A DNA stretch of 54,660 nucleotides from Propionibacteriaceae bacterium (GTDB taxonomy: Bacteria; Actinomycetota; Actinomycetes; Propionibacteriales; Propionibacteriaceae): assembly GCA_009778725.1 (NCBI GenBank), contig WRFP01000001.1, positions 1 to 54,660 of the forward strand, written 5' to 3'. The notes below the pieces were generated by a model. That model was not told the origin of the DNA and did no database searches. It worked only from the letters and a program-made list of their open reading frames with translations. The position numbers were made by a program, and so were the translations under genes. Position 1 is the first letter of the stretch, and every line of letters starts with the position of its first letter. This document shows, piece by piece, positions 17,458 to 25,914 of this stretch.

Positions 17458-17865
17458 TCAATCGTCGCGCACGGTCAACGCCCAGGAATCGGTTCCCAGA
17501 GCATAGGCACCTCGCCACACCCCATTCTGAAAGGTCACGCCACCAGGAGCGTTGCCGGTGATGGTCCAGCCCAGGCCCGGGAGCGTCTGGACCAGGTACG
17601 CCTGGACGACCGATGCCTGGGCCGACGGCCCGACCACGATCAACAGATTCGGCTGATCGGCGGTGTACGTCAGCGTCACTCCTGCCGGAAGCCAGATGTC
17701 ATCGCCTGGCCCGTTGGTCAAGCCGAGTCCCGCCAATGACCGGCCATGATCAGGCACCGACACCGATGGGCTCGGCGTGGACCCAGCCTGGCCTGCGGCT
17801 GCCGAACATCCGGCTACACCACCAGCGAGAGCCACGACGGCGAGCCATGCGAGAAGCGTCGTCAT
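17458..17865 (-). CDS. Hypothetical lipoprotein
   Basis: MTTLLAWLAVVALAGGVAGCSAAAG gives a lipobox (AGC). I recognised no family for the mature part. The track start at 17907 is an alternative. Confidence 0.6.
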   Translation of the reverse strand: MTTLLAWLAVVALAGGVAGCSAAAGQAGSTPSPSVSVPDHGRSLAGLGLTNGPGDDIWLPAGVTLTYTADQPNLLIVVGPSAQASVVQAYLVQTLPGLGWTITGNAPGGVTFQNGVWRGAYALGTDSWALTVRDD

Positions 17866-18167
17866 CGCACCCGGCCCGCGCCGATGTCGTACGGATCCAA
17901 ATGGCACTGCTTAGTTCCTTCCAGGCGGGGTTCCCACGAGCGGGCATCCTAGGAGCGTGCTGAAAGATTCGGACACCCTCCACAATGGACCAGCCGATAC
18001 GGCTCACCTCGCCTGCACCAGATTACTACCGCTGTGATTCGTACTGGAGGAATAACAATCAGCCATCATTTCAAGCCGTACTGTAGTAATCAGGGTGTTG
18101 ATAAGTCCAAGGCTTCCAAACCCCATCCCCTATACTCGACTGGGAGCAACAAACAGGAGGGTGTGGG

Positions 18168-19148
18168 ATGACAGTGTTGGGTTTGATGGGCGAACAGGCT
18201 CCGAAGATTCGCCCGTCCGATCTGTTGACCGAAGACCATCCGGTTCGCCCGTACCCCTCGCTGACACCAGTACGAAACTCAGCCTGGGTGCGAGCCGGGA
18301 TCTTCATTCTTGTCTTCATCGTTGGAGCCATACTGTATTTCTCCATCAACCTCGCCATCACAACCAGCCCCTTCATCTCGGATGTCACGGTGGAAATGAT
18401 GGAACTCATCGGCGCCGTGCTCGCCTATCTGGTGCTCGTCATGCTCACGGAACGGCGTGTGTGGCCCCATGAACTCGCGCCACGCAGAATCCTCGGACTG
18501 TTCAAGGGCATGCTCTTAGGCTTCCTGCTCGTGTCGGTGTGCATCGGGGTGCTGGCGCTCATCGGCACCTATCGGATCACGGCCTTTAACCCGTCCTACG
18601 TACCGTGGAGCGACTTGTTGGGGATGGGAGTCGTGGCCGGCATCGCCGAGGAGATCATGTTCCGCGGCATCGTCTTCCGCCTGGTCGAAGAAGGACTGGG
18701 CACCTGGGGCGCGGTCATCGTCTCCGGGTTCGTCTTCGGGATCATGCACTGGTCCAATCCCGACGGAACCCTCTGGGGCGGTATCGCGATCGCCATTGAG
18801 GCAGGGATCCTCTTCGCCGCCGTCTACACCGTGACCCGGTCGTTGTGGTGGACCATTGGACTGCATTTCGCGTGGAATATCACCGAAGGCCCGATCTTCG
18901 GCTCGATCGTGTCAGGCAACGGAGCGCAGAACAGTTGGCTGACCAGCACCTGGTCCGGCCCTCAGATCCTCTCCGGCGGCCAATTCGGCCTGGAGGGGTC
19001 GATCGTGCCCGTGATCCTGCTCGGGGCACTCGGAGTCTTTCTTCTTGTCCATGCACAGCGCAAGGGTCTGATGGTGGCCCCCTTGTGGATCCGGAAACGG
19101 GCTCTCACCCGCGCGCCAGCAGGTCCAACCCCCGGTCCTGCCAAGTAA
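18168..19148 (+). CDS. CPBP-family intramembrane glutamic endopeptidase (CAAX protease-like)
   Basis: Motifs EEIMFRGIVFR, FGIMHW and HFAWN in a polytopic protein. AGGAGG lies 7 nt upstream of the ATG. Confidence 0.85.
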   Translation: MTVLGLMGEQAPKIRPSDLLTEDHPVRPYPSLTPVRNSAWVRAGIFILVFIVGAILYFSINLAITTSPFISDVTVEMMELIGAVLAYLVLVMLTERRVWPHELAPRRILGLFKGMLLGFLLVSVCIGVLALIGTYRITAFNPSYVPWSDLLGMGVVAGIAEEIMFRGIVFRLVEEGLGTWGAVIVSGFVFGIMHWSNPDGTLWGGIAIAIEAGILFAAVYTVTRSLWWTIGLHFAWNITEGPIFGSIVSGNGAQNSWLTSTWSGPQILSGGQFGLEGSIVPVILLGALGVFLLVHAQRKGLMVAPLWIRKRALTRAPAGPTPGPAK

Positions 19149-19572
19149 TCGCCCGCCTCACACCGGCGCGGGCACAGGCCCCGCAGTGGACTGGACCCGA
19201 CGGCCGGCGGTGGCGCAAAACCTCGTGCCCGGCTGAGCAGACCCCCCTCCACCGGGCCGACAACCTGGCCTCCGGCACTTCGATGGTACGCCCGCCGTCG
19301 TACCCCAGGGCGCGGGCCTGCTGCTTCCACACCCGTCCGTGGCCGGCTCGAGGACCGGCCAAACCGTGCGCGATCTCGTGGAGGATCACCTGTTCGACCT
19401 CGTCGTCGGCCAGATAGGCCACCAAATACCGCGAGCAGGTGATCGTCTTGTCGCAATAGTGACAACATCCCAAGCGAGTACGGGCGTGGTCGAGCCCGAA
19501 GGACCATGACCCGCCGAGATGCCGGTGCACCAGATCGGCACCAAGGACCAAAGTTTGTTTCGCTGTCGCCAT
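19105..19572 (-). CDS. SprT-like zinc metalloprotease domain protein with a C-terminal zinc ribbon
   Basis: VILHEIAHGLAG..GHGRVWK, then CSAGHE...HCGACARAG. The ATG at 19572 (MATAKQ) is preferred over the GTG at 19587. Confidence 0.7.
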   Translation of the reverse strand: MATAKQTLVLGADLVHRHLGGSWSFGLDHARTRLGCCHYCDKTITCSRYLVAYLADDEVEQVILHEIAHGLAGPRAGHGRVWKQQARALGYDGGRTIEVPEARLSARWRGVCSAGHEVLRHRRPSGPVHCGACARAGVRRAITWQDRGLDLLARG

Positions 19573-19596
19573 GTCGTCACTCGTCACGCGGTGGGG

Positions 19597-20049
19597 CTAC
19601 GCGGTCACGGGAGCATCGGCCACGAACGTGGCGGCCACGTGGGCCAGCGCATAGTCGTACCCGGCCAAGCCGAGCCCGGCGATGACACCGGTGGCCACAC
19701 CGGAGATCACGGAATGGTGCCGGAACTCCTCGCGCGCATGGATATTGGAGATGTGGACCTCGACCAGGAAAGACACCTCGCGAGCCGCGTCGGCCAGGGC
19801 GTACGAATAATGGGTCCACGCCCCCGGATTGATCACCACCGGTGTCTGGCGGTCCGCCGCCTCATGGAGCCAGGAGATCATCTCTGGTTCCGAATCCGTC
19901 TGGCGTACGTCCACCGCCAAACCGAGACCATTTCCCGTACCCACCAGGTGTTCTGCCAGCTGGGCATAGGTCAGCGTCCCGTAGACACCCGGGTCACGGA
20001 CACCCAAACGCCCCAGATTGACCCCGTTCAAAACCAAGACCTGTGTCAT
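19597..20049 (-). CDS. aroQ: Type II 3-dehydroquinate dehydratase
   Basis: [37 protein letters not shown] and [27 protein letters not shown] lies 5 nt upstream of the ATG at 20049. Confidence 0.92.
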   Translation of the reverse strand: MTQVLVLNGVNLGRLGVRDPGVYGTLTYAQLAEHLVGTGNGLGLAVDVRQTDSEPEMISWLHEAADRQTPVVINPGAWTHYSYALADAAREVSFLVEVHISNIHAREEFRHHSVISGVATGVIAGLGLAGYDYALAHVAATFVADAPVTA

Positions 20050-20085
20050 CACGACTCCTTCCGACTGCCTCCATCCAGGCAGGCT

Positions 20086-21072
20086 CTATTCTCTCACCGT
20101 GGCCAGATCCAGGTACGCCGCCGCGAACAGCCCCTGATGCAACAAACACGCGTACCGTTCGACCGGATTGCCGTCCGGGTACCGGATCGTCTCCACCCGG
20201 ACATCCCGGCTTTCCGCCAATCGGGCCAGGTCCACCCCATACGGGACATACTCCTCGTCGTCGAGGACGAGCAGGCAGAACCGTGTGGCGTCCGTGCCGC
20301 CTTCGACCGGGTCGGCGAACAGGTCGCGCGGCTCAGACTTCAGCAGCAGGGGGGCCAGAGCATGCTCGTCGGCCGCCAGCACCGGCAGTCCGGTGACTTC
20401 GCGCAACGCCTCGGCCACACGTCGCGAGGCCCGGGCCGCCAGGACCGACCCTCCCCACAGCAGTGGTACGGTGTCGGCCAGCGCACAGGCCAGATTCTTG
20501 GCCGGATTGACCTCCAGCCCGTAGCGCGGTCCACAGGTCTCAGCCACCGAGTCCAAGACCGCAGCCGTGTCGTCCAAATCCAGCCCAGGGCCAAGGTGCA
20601 GCAGATCCAGGACTTTCAGAGCGAGCAGCGCGGACACGAAAGGATCGTCCTGATGGACCGACAACATTTCTATCGACACGGACTCGTCCAGGATCGGACA
20701 CCCATCAGGGGCGACCACGAGCAGCCAGCAACCGCGCTTGTGCGCCTCCACACAGGCCGGCAGCAGGCGCGAATCGGCCCCGGCCAGGATGATCACCAGG
20801 TCTAAAGGCCCAGCCCACGGCGGCAGAACCGTCATCGGCCAGGCAATACACGGAACCGGGCACGAGGGCTCGACGACAGCCCTGATCAACCGCGCTTCGG
20901 CCCCGAGGACCAGCACCGAGCGCGGACGAAGCCCCCCCAGATGCGTGGCGACTTCCGACAAATCATCGGTGTCCTCCAACCTGAGTCGGGCCCCGGCCAG
21001 AGCCAGGGCGTGCACCCGCTCTCCCTTGGCCTGCAAAGCCACAGGATCATCCAACAGCGAATCGTCGAACAT
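20086..21072 (-). CDS. SIS-domain phosphosugar-isomerase-like protein (the type found next to pmm/manA in actinobacteria)
   Basis: The size and its position downstream of pmm-Trm112 match the conserved actinobacterial arrangement. I read no catalytic motif with confidence. Confidence 0.5.
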   Translation of the reverse strand: MFDDSLLDDPVALQAKGERVHALALAGARLRLEDTDDLSEVATHLGGLRPRSVLVLGAEARLIRAVVEPSCPVPCIAWPMTVLPPWAGPLDLVIILAGADSRLLPACVEAHKRGCWLLVVAPDGCPILDESVSIEMLSVHQDDPFVSALLALKVLDLLHLGPGLDLDDTAAVLDSVAETCGPRYGLEVNPAKNLACALADTVPLLWGGSVLAARASRRVAEALREVTGLPVLAADEHALAPLLLKSEPRDLFADPVEGGTDATRFCLLVLDDEEYVPYGVDLARLAESRDVRVETIRYPDGNPVERYACLLHQGLFAAAYLDLATVRE

Positions 21073-21084
21073 CGGCGTGGGTAG

Positions 21085-21285
21085 TCAGGACCGCCTGGGC
21101 GGCAGTCGCGTGTCACGGGCCTCTTCGACGAGCATGACCGGAATCCCGCCGCGAATCGGGTACGCCAACCCGCACGACACGGAATTGCACACCAATTCCT
21201 TGGCGTCATAGTCCACACTCAGATTCGAGTGGCAGATCGGACAAGCCAGGATCTCCAACAGAGTCGAGTCCAGTTCCAAGGCCAT
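21085..21285 (-). CDS. Trm112-family small zinc-ribbon protein
   Basis: [24 protein letters not shown]...[27 protein letters not shown]. The ATG shares 1 nt with the pmm stop (TGATG). Confidence 0.8.
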   Translation of the reverse strand: MALELDSTLLEILACPICHSNLSVDYDAKELVCNSVSCGLAYPIRGGIPVMLVEEARDTRLPPRRS

Positions 21286-22637
21286 CAGTTCTCCTTCACC
21301 AGATCCAGCACACGATCGCGCAGCCGGGCCATCAGATCCGGGTCGCGAGCTTCCACATTCAGTCGCAGCAGGGGTTCGGTATTCGATCCCCGCAAAGATA
21401 TCCACCACTGGTCACCGAGGATCTTCACCCCGTCGCCCCACTCAACGATAGCATCCTTGCCCATTGTCTCGGCCACGTGGGTCATGGACGCCTGCTGGTC
21501 TCGTACGCGGGAATTGATCTCCCCCGACGAGGCATACCGGATGTACCGGCTGACCAGGGACGACAAGGGTTGATCGGACTTCCCCAGGGCCGACAGGACG
21601 TGCAGGGCCGCCAAGATACCCGTATCCGCACCGAAGAAGTCGCGGAAATAATAGTGGGCCGAGTGTTCGCCCCCGAAGATGGCGTTGTGTTCGGCCATCA
21701 GAGCCTTCATGTAGGTGTGCCCCACGCGCGAGGTGACCACCTGGCCCCCATGTTCCGAAACGATCTGGGGCACCGCCGACGAGGTGATGGTGTTGATCAC
21801 GATCGTTCCCCCGGGTTCGAGGGCCAACTCGTCGACTGCGATCAAAGCAGTGATGGCGGACGCGGGAACGACGTCGCCGCGTTCGTCGATCATGAACGCT
21901 CTGTCCGCGTCCCCGTCGAAGACGATCCCGAGGTCGGCTCCATGGGCTCTGACGGCCTTCTGCGCGTCGACCAGGTTCTCCGGTTCCAGCGGATTGGGCT
22001 GATGGTTGGGGAAGGCGCCGTCCAGGTCCAGATACAGGCCGACCAGTTCGACGTCGAGATGGGACAGTACGGCGGGAGCCGTCTGGCCGCCCATGCCATT
22101 ACCCGCGTCGACCACGACCTTCAGATGTCTCATGCCCTTCAGGTCGACCAATCCCAGCAGAAACGCGACGTACTGGTCCAGGGTGTCCCGGTGTTCGACC
22201 GTGCCGGCCTCGGCGGTCCGGACAGGCTGGTGGATGCCCGTATCGATGTCCTGTGCCAGACCGGCCAGCTTGGTCAGGAAGTCGGGAGTCACCGGTTTGG
22301 CCCCCGCTTCGCAGAACTTCATCCCGTTGTAGGCGCTGGGATTGTGGCTCGACGTGATCTGCACCCCGGGCAGATCCAGCGAGCCGGATGCGAACCACAG
22401 TCCGTCGGTCGAGGCCAGCCCGGCATCCACCACGGATATCCCGCCCTGGGTCACTCCTTGTACAAATGCTTCTTGAATCTCGGGCCCGGTGATCCGCATG
22501 TCCCGACTGACAACGATCGTACGTTCTGGCTGCAGAATGGCGTACGCGCACCCGATGGCCCAGGCCCCCTCACCATCCCAGTCCTGTCCGACAATGCCGC
22601 GAATGTCGTTGGCTTTGAAGATGTCGGGTTGTAGCAC
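21285..22637 (-). CDS. manB: Phosphomannomutase/phosphoglucomutase
   Basis: IFKANDIRG, the active-site loop [14 protein letters not shown], metal loop FDGDADR, and [13 protein letters not shown] start at 22637. Confidence 0.9.
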   Translation of the reverse strand: MLQPDIFKANDIRGIVGQDWDGEGAWAIGCAYAILQPERTIVVSRDMRITGPEIQEAFVQGVTQGGISVVDAGLASTDGLWFASGSLDLPGVQITSSHNPSAYNGMKFCEAGAKPVTPDFLTKLAGLAQDIDTGIHQPVRTAEAGTVEHRDTLDQYVAFLLGLVDLKGMRHLKVVVDAGNGMGGQTAPAVLSHLDVELVGLYLDLDGAFPNHQPNPLEPENLVDAQKAVRAHGADLGIVFDGDADRAFMIDERGDVVPASAITALIAVDELALEPGGTIVINTITSSAVPQIVSEHGGQVVTSRVGHTYMKALMAEHNAIFGGEHSAHYYFRDFFGADTGILAALHVLSALGKSDQPLSSLVSRYIRYASSGEINSRVRDQQASMTHVAETMGKDAIVEWGDGVKILGDQWWISLRGSNTEPLLRLNVEARDPDLMARLRDRVLDLVKEN

Positions 22638-22709
22638 GATGTTATTTTAGCCCGATCACTTGTCCACCTCATCGAATTCCGGTGTGCGTCCCGCCGTTGA
22701 ATCTTGGAG

Positions 22710-22738
22710 TTGACAGCGTCCTCAACCTTATTGATAAT
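22710..22738 (+). promoter_or_regulatory. Candidate promoter TTGACA-17 nt-GATAAT for the zinc operon
   Basis: TTGACA at 22710-22715 and GATAAT at 22733-22738. The predicted TSS is about 22744-22746, at or next to the ATG at 22746, suggesting a leaderless mRNA. Confidence 0.45.
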
Positions 22739-22746
22739 GATTCTCA
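22732..22746. promoter_or_regulatory. Zur box (7-1-7 palindrome TGATAAT-G-ATTCTCA)
   Basis: One mismatch from a perfect palindrome. It resembles the actinobacterial Zur operator (TGAAAATGATTTTCA-like). It overlaps the -10 element and the start codon of the zinc-binding lipoprotein gene, and a zur gene closes the operon. Confidence 0.7.
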
Positions 22747-23645
22747 TGAAACTTCGCATCCTGCCCGTCGTCGCGATCGTACCCTTGCTTCTTGCCGGAT
22801 GCCAGACAGCCCCCACGGCATCGCCCCAGACGCTGTCCGTCGTCGTGGGGCTGTATCCGTACGCCTATCTGGCCCAGACCATCGGTGGCAGCCATGTCAC
22901 GGTGACCGACCTGACCCAGCCGGGCGCGGAGCCCCACGACCTCGAACTGACCGCCCAGCAGGTCGCCGCGATCGCCAAATCGGACCTGACGATCTATGAA
23001 GCCGGATTGCAACCGGCAGTCGACGCCGCCGTCCAGCAGGGCAAGCCGGCCAACACCATCGACACGACCACCGTCGTACCGCTGGAAGACCACGGGACCG
23101 GGATCGACGACACCGGTTCGGGCAACCTCGATCCACATATCTGGCTGGATCCGACCAAGATGGTCACGGTGGCCCAGAGCATCGCCCAGAAACTCATCCA
23201 GCTCGACCCGGCCAACCAGCCGACGTACGCCCAGGGCCTGGTCACACTGACTTTCACCCTGTCCGGCATCGACTCTCAGTACACCGCGGGACTGGCCTCC
23301 TGCCAGCGCACCGATTTCCTCACCACCCACGCTGCCTTCGGTTACATGGCCGAGCGCTACGGCCTGACTCAAATCTCCATCGAGGGCCTCTCCCCCGACG
23401 CCGAGCCCGGTCCGGACCGTATCGCCGAAATCCACCAGATCGTCCAGGACAAGGGTCTGACCACCGTCTTCTTCGAACCCCTGACCTCGCCCTCACTGGC
23501 CCAAACCATTGCCTCCGATCTCGGTCTGGCCACCGACCAGTTGGACCCCATCGAAGGCCTGACGAGCCAGTCCCGGGGCAGCGACTACGCCCAGATCATG
23601 GCCTCCAACCTCACCGCCTTGCGCCAGGCGAATGGATGCTCATGA
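22746..23645 (+). CDS. znuA: Zinc ABC transporter substrate-binding lipoprotein (ZnuA/TroA cluster 9)
   Basis: MKLRILPVVAIVPLLLAGC gives a lipobox. EPHDLELT, DPHIWLDP and HAAFGYMAERYGL are cluster-9 SBP motifs. ATG 22737 and TTG 22704 are alternative starts. Confidence 0.85.
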   Translation: MKLRILPVVAIVPLLLAGCQTAPTASPQTLSVVVGLYPYAYLAQTIGGSHVTVTDLTQPGAEPHDLELTAQQVAAIAKSDLTIYEAGLQPAVDAAVQQGKPANTIDTTTVVPLEDHGTGIDDTGSGNLDPHIWLDPTKMVTVAQSIAQKLIQLDPANQPTYAQGLVTLTFTLSGIDSQYTAGLASCQRTDFLTTHAAFGYMAERYGLTQISIEGLSPDAEPGPDRIAEIHQIVQDKGLTTVFFEPLTSPSLAQTIASDLGLATDQLDPIEGLTSQSRGSDYAQIMASNLTALRQANGCS

Positions 23646-24382
23646 ACCTCATCGAGGTCGATTCACTCAGCTTGAGCCTGGGCGGGCTGCCCATCCTCAA
23701 GGACATCTCCTTCGCCGTCGCGGAAGGCCAGACCATCGGCTTGCTCGGTGCCAACGGATCGGGCAAATCCACCCTGGTGAAGGCCATCCTCGGCCTCTAC
23801 CGCCGTCAACTGGGGACCGTGTCCCTCCTGGGCCAGCCTCTGGAACGGTTTTCAGCGTGGGACAAGATCGGGTACGTCCCGCAGCGGGCTTCGGTGTCCC
23901 TGCACTCGACGACCGTCATGGAAGTCGTCGCCTCGGGTACCCTGGCCAAGCGACCCGTGGGCTGGATCCGATCACGGCAGCGGGCGGCGGCCCTGGAGGC
24001 CCTGGCACTGGTGGGACTGGCCGATCAGGCCCACGAACTGTATCTCCACTTGTCAGGAGGCCAACAGCAGCGCGTTCTGATCGCCCGGGGTATCGTCAAT
24101 CATCCGCGGCTGCTCATCATGGACGAACCCTTCGCCGGTGTCGACATCGCCAACCAGGGCGAGATCGCGGCCACCTTGACCCGGTCCGAGGCCACCTTGC
24201 TGGTCGTCCTGCATGAAACCGAAGCCCTGTCCTCCAGCATCGACCGTTGCCTGGTTCTGCGCGAAGGCCGCCTGGTCCACGACGGCCCTCTGACACCGCC
24301 GAGCGCGCACGATCCCCACGAGACCCCCGCCCCCCAACACACCCATCTCCTGACGGGAATGGAGCCACAATGGACCTCCTAG
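23642..24382 (+). CDS. znuC: Zinc ABC transporter ATP-binding protein
   Basis: Walker A GANGSGKST, signature LSGGQQQRV, Walker B LLIMDEP. ATGA overlap with znuA; ATG 23636 is an alternative start. Confidence 0.88.
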   Translation: MNLIEVDSLSLSLGGLPILKDISFAVAEGQTIGLLGANGSGKSTLVKAILGLYRRQLGTVSLLGQPLERFSAWDKIGYVPQRASVSLHSTTVMEVVASGTLAKRPVGWIRSRQRAAALEALALVGLADQAHELYLHLSGGQQQRVLIARGIVNHPRLLIMDEPFAGVDIANQGEIAATLTRSEATLLVVLHETEALSSSIDRCLVLREGRLVHDGPLTPPSAHDPHETPAPQHTHLLTGMEPQWTS

Positions 24383-25353
24383 CATTCGCCTTCATCCAAC
24401 GTGCCCTCCTGGCCTCCGCCCTGGTCGGAGTGTCGGCGCCCACCATCGGAACCTACATCGTACAACGCCGCTTGTCCCTGCTGGGTGACGGTCTGGGCCA
24501 CGTCGCCATCGCCGGAGTCGGCCTGGCCCTCATGACCGGCACGGCGCCCCTGCCGTGGGCGGTGGCCATCTGCATGGTCGGGGCCATCCTGATCGAGGCC
24601 CTGCGCCAATCCGGACGGGCCACCGGGGATGTCGGGCTGGCTGTACTCTTTTATGGCGGCCTGGCGGCTGGTGTCCTGATGGCGTCGGTCGCCGGTCAGG
24701 GCGCAGGAGGGTTGTCCAGCTACCTGTTCGGTTCCCTCAACACCATCTCGGTGTCGGACCTGTGGGTGGTCGGCGGGCTGACGATCCTGATCCTGGTGGT
24801 CGCCCTGGGCCTGTCCCCGCAGTTGTTCGCCCTCAGCGCCGACGAAGACTTCGCCAAGACTTTGGGCTTGCCAGTAAGGGTGTACAACTACGTCATCGTC
24901 GTCCTTGCCGCCATCACCGTCACCACGGCCATGAGAACAGTGGGACTGTTGCTCGTGAGCGCGCTGATGGTCATCCCGGTCGCCGCCGCGCAGAACATCT
25001 TCCGTGGTTTCTGGCGCGGCATGTGGGGGGCGATGGGCATCGGCCTGATCGCATCGGTCGGCGGATACCTCGCGTCCATCTACGCCAACCTGGCCCCCGG
25101 AGCCATGATCGTGTTGATCACCATCGCCTTCTTTATCGTCTCCTGGCCGCTGGCCGGCCTGCTGCACCGCCACTGGCACCGCAGCCAGGATGCCACCGAC
25201 CCCCTGCCCGCAGTCCATGAACCGGTCGGGAACCATGCCCATGTCCACGGCCCGGGCTGCGGACACGACATGGTCCACCACGGAGACCACATCGATTACA
25301 TCCACTCCGGCGAACTGCACTCTCCCCACCAGGACCACTATGACCAGCACTGA
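24370..25353 (+). CDS. znuB: Zinc ABC transporter permease with a His-rich C-terminal extension
   Basis: MDLLAFAFIQRALLASALVG... is a polytopic ZnuB/TroCD-type permease. The last 64 residues contain 16 His. Confidence 0.85.
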   Translation: MDLLAFAFIQRALLASALVGVSAPTIGTYIVQRRLSLLGDGLGHVAIAGVGLALMTGTAPLPWAVAICMVGAILIEALRQSGRATGDVGLAVLFYGGLAAGVLMASVAGQGAGGLSSYLFGSLNTISVSDLWVVGGLTILILVVALGLSPQLFALSADEDFAKTLGLPVRVYNYVIVVLAAITVTTAMRTVGLLLVSALMVIPVAAAQNIFRGFWRGMWGAMGIGLIASVGGYLASIYANLAPGAMIVLITIAFFIVSWPLAGLLHRHWHRSQDATDPLPAVHEPVGNHAHVHGPGCGHDMVHHGDHIDYIHSGELHSPHQDHYDQH

Positions 25354-25807
25354 CACGCCCCTGGCCAAGACCACGACTGATGACCGGGAAGACACCCGCA
25401 TCACCAAGGCTGTCGCCGATCAGCCTCGCCGTACTCGCCAAAGAACGCTGATCTGGGATTATCTGTGCACCCGATCCGAATTCCTCACCGCCCAACAGAT
25501 TCACGACGCCTTGCGGACCGGGGGAACACCGGTGAGCCTGCCCACGGTCTACCGCACCCTGACCGCCATGGCCGAGTCCGGTGACCTCGATGTCCTGACC
25601 ACGGACGGCCAGTCCGCCTACCGGCGTTGCTCCTCCCACCATCACCACCACCTCGTCTGCCGTGGCTGTGGCCGGACCATCGAAGTGACCGGCACGGTGG
25701 TCGAGCAGTGGGCCGAAGCCGTCGCCCACCAGTACGGATTCGCGGACATCACCCACATCACCGAATTCTCGGGAATCTGCCCCGCTTGCCAGGAGTCACA
25801 CCGCTAA
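25340..25807 (+). CDS. zur: Fur-family zinc uptake regulator
   Basis: RQRTLIWDYL..LTAQQIHDAL......VSLPTVYRTL is a winged helix. HHHHHLVCRGCG and CPAC supply the metal sites. The ATG at 25340 overlaps the end of znuB. Confidence 0.85.
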   Translation: MTSTDTPLAKTTTDDREDTRITKAVADQPRRTRQRTLIWDYLCTRSEFLTAQQIHDALRTGGTPVSLPTVYRTLTAMAESGDLDVLTTDGQSAYRRCSSHHHHHLVCRGCGRTIEVTGTVVEQWAEAVAHQYGFADITHITEFSGICPACQESHR

Positions 25808-25914
25808 ATTCACCGATCTGTGAGAGCGATATCTGATCGACCACGAGCATGTAAAGTGTGCTGTATTCACCCGTCATGATTCATAGCGGGTAGGAACCGG
25901 AAAGGGACGGCATC

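Noticed and set aside
25808-25914. Possible second Zur-like site (tcatgattcata flanked by ACCCG/CGGGT) upstream of the DUF3533-like gene.
   Set aside because: It shows only partial resemblance to the 22732-22746 box, with 5-bp arms and no clear 7-1-7 symmetry. I cannot support it without a motif scan.
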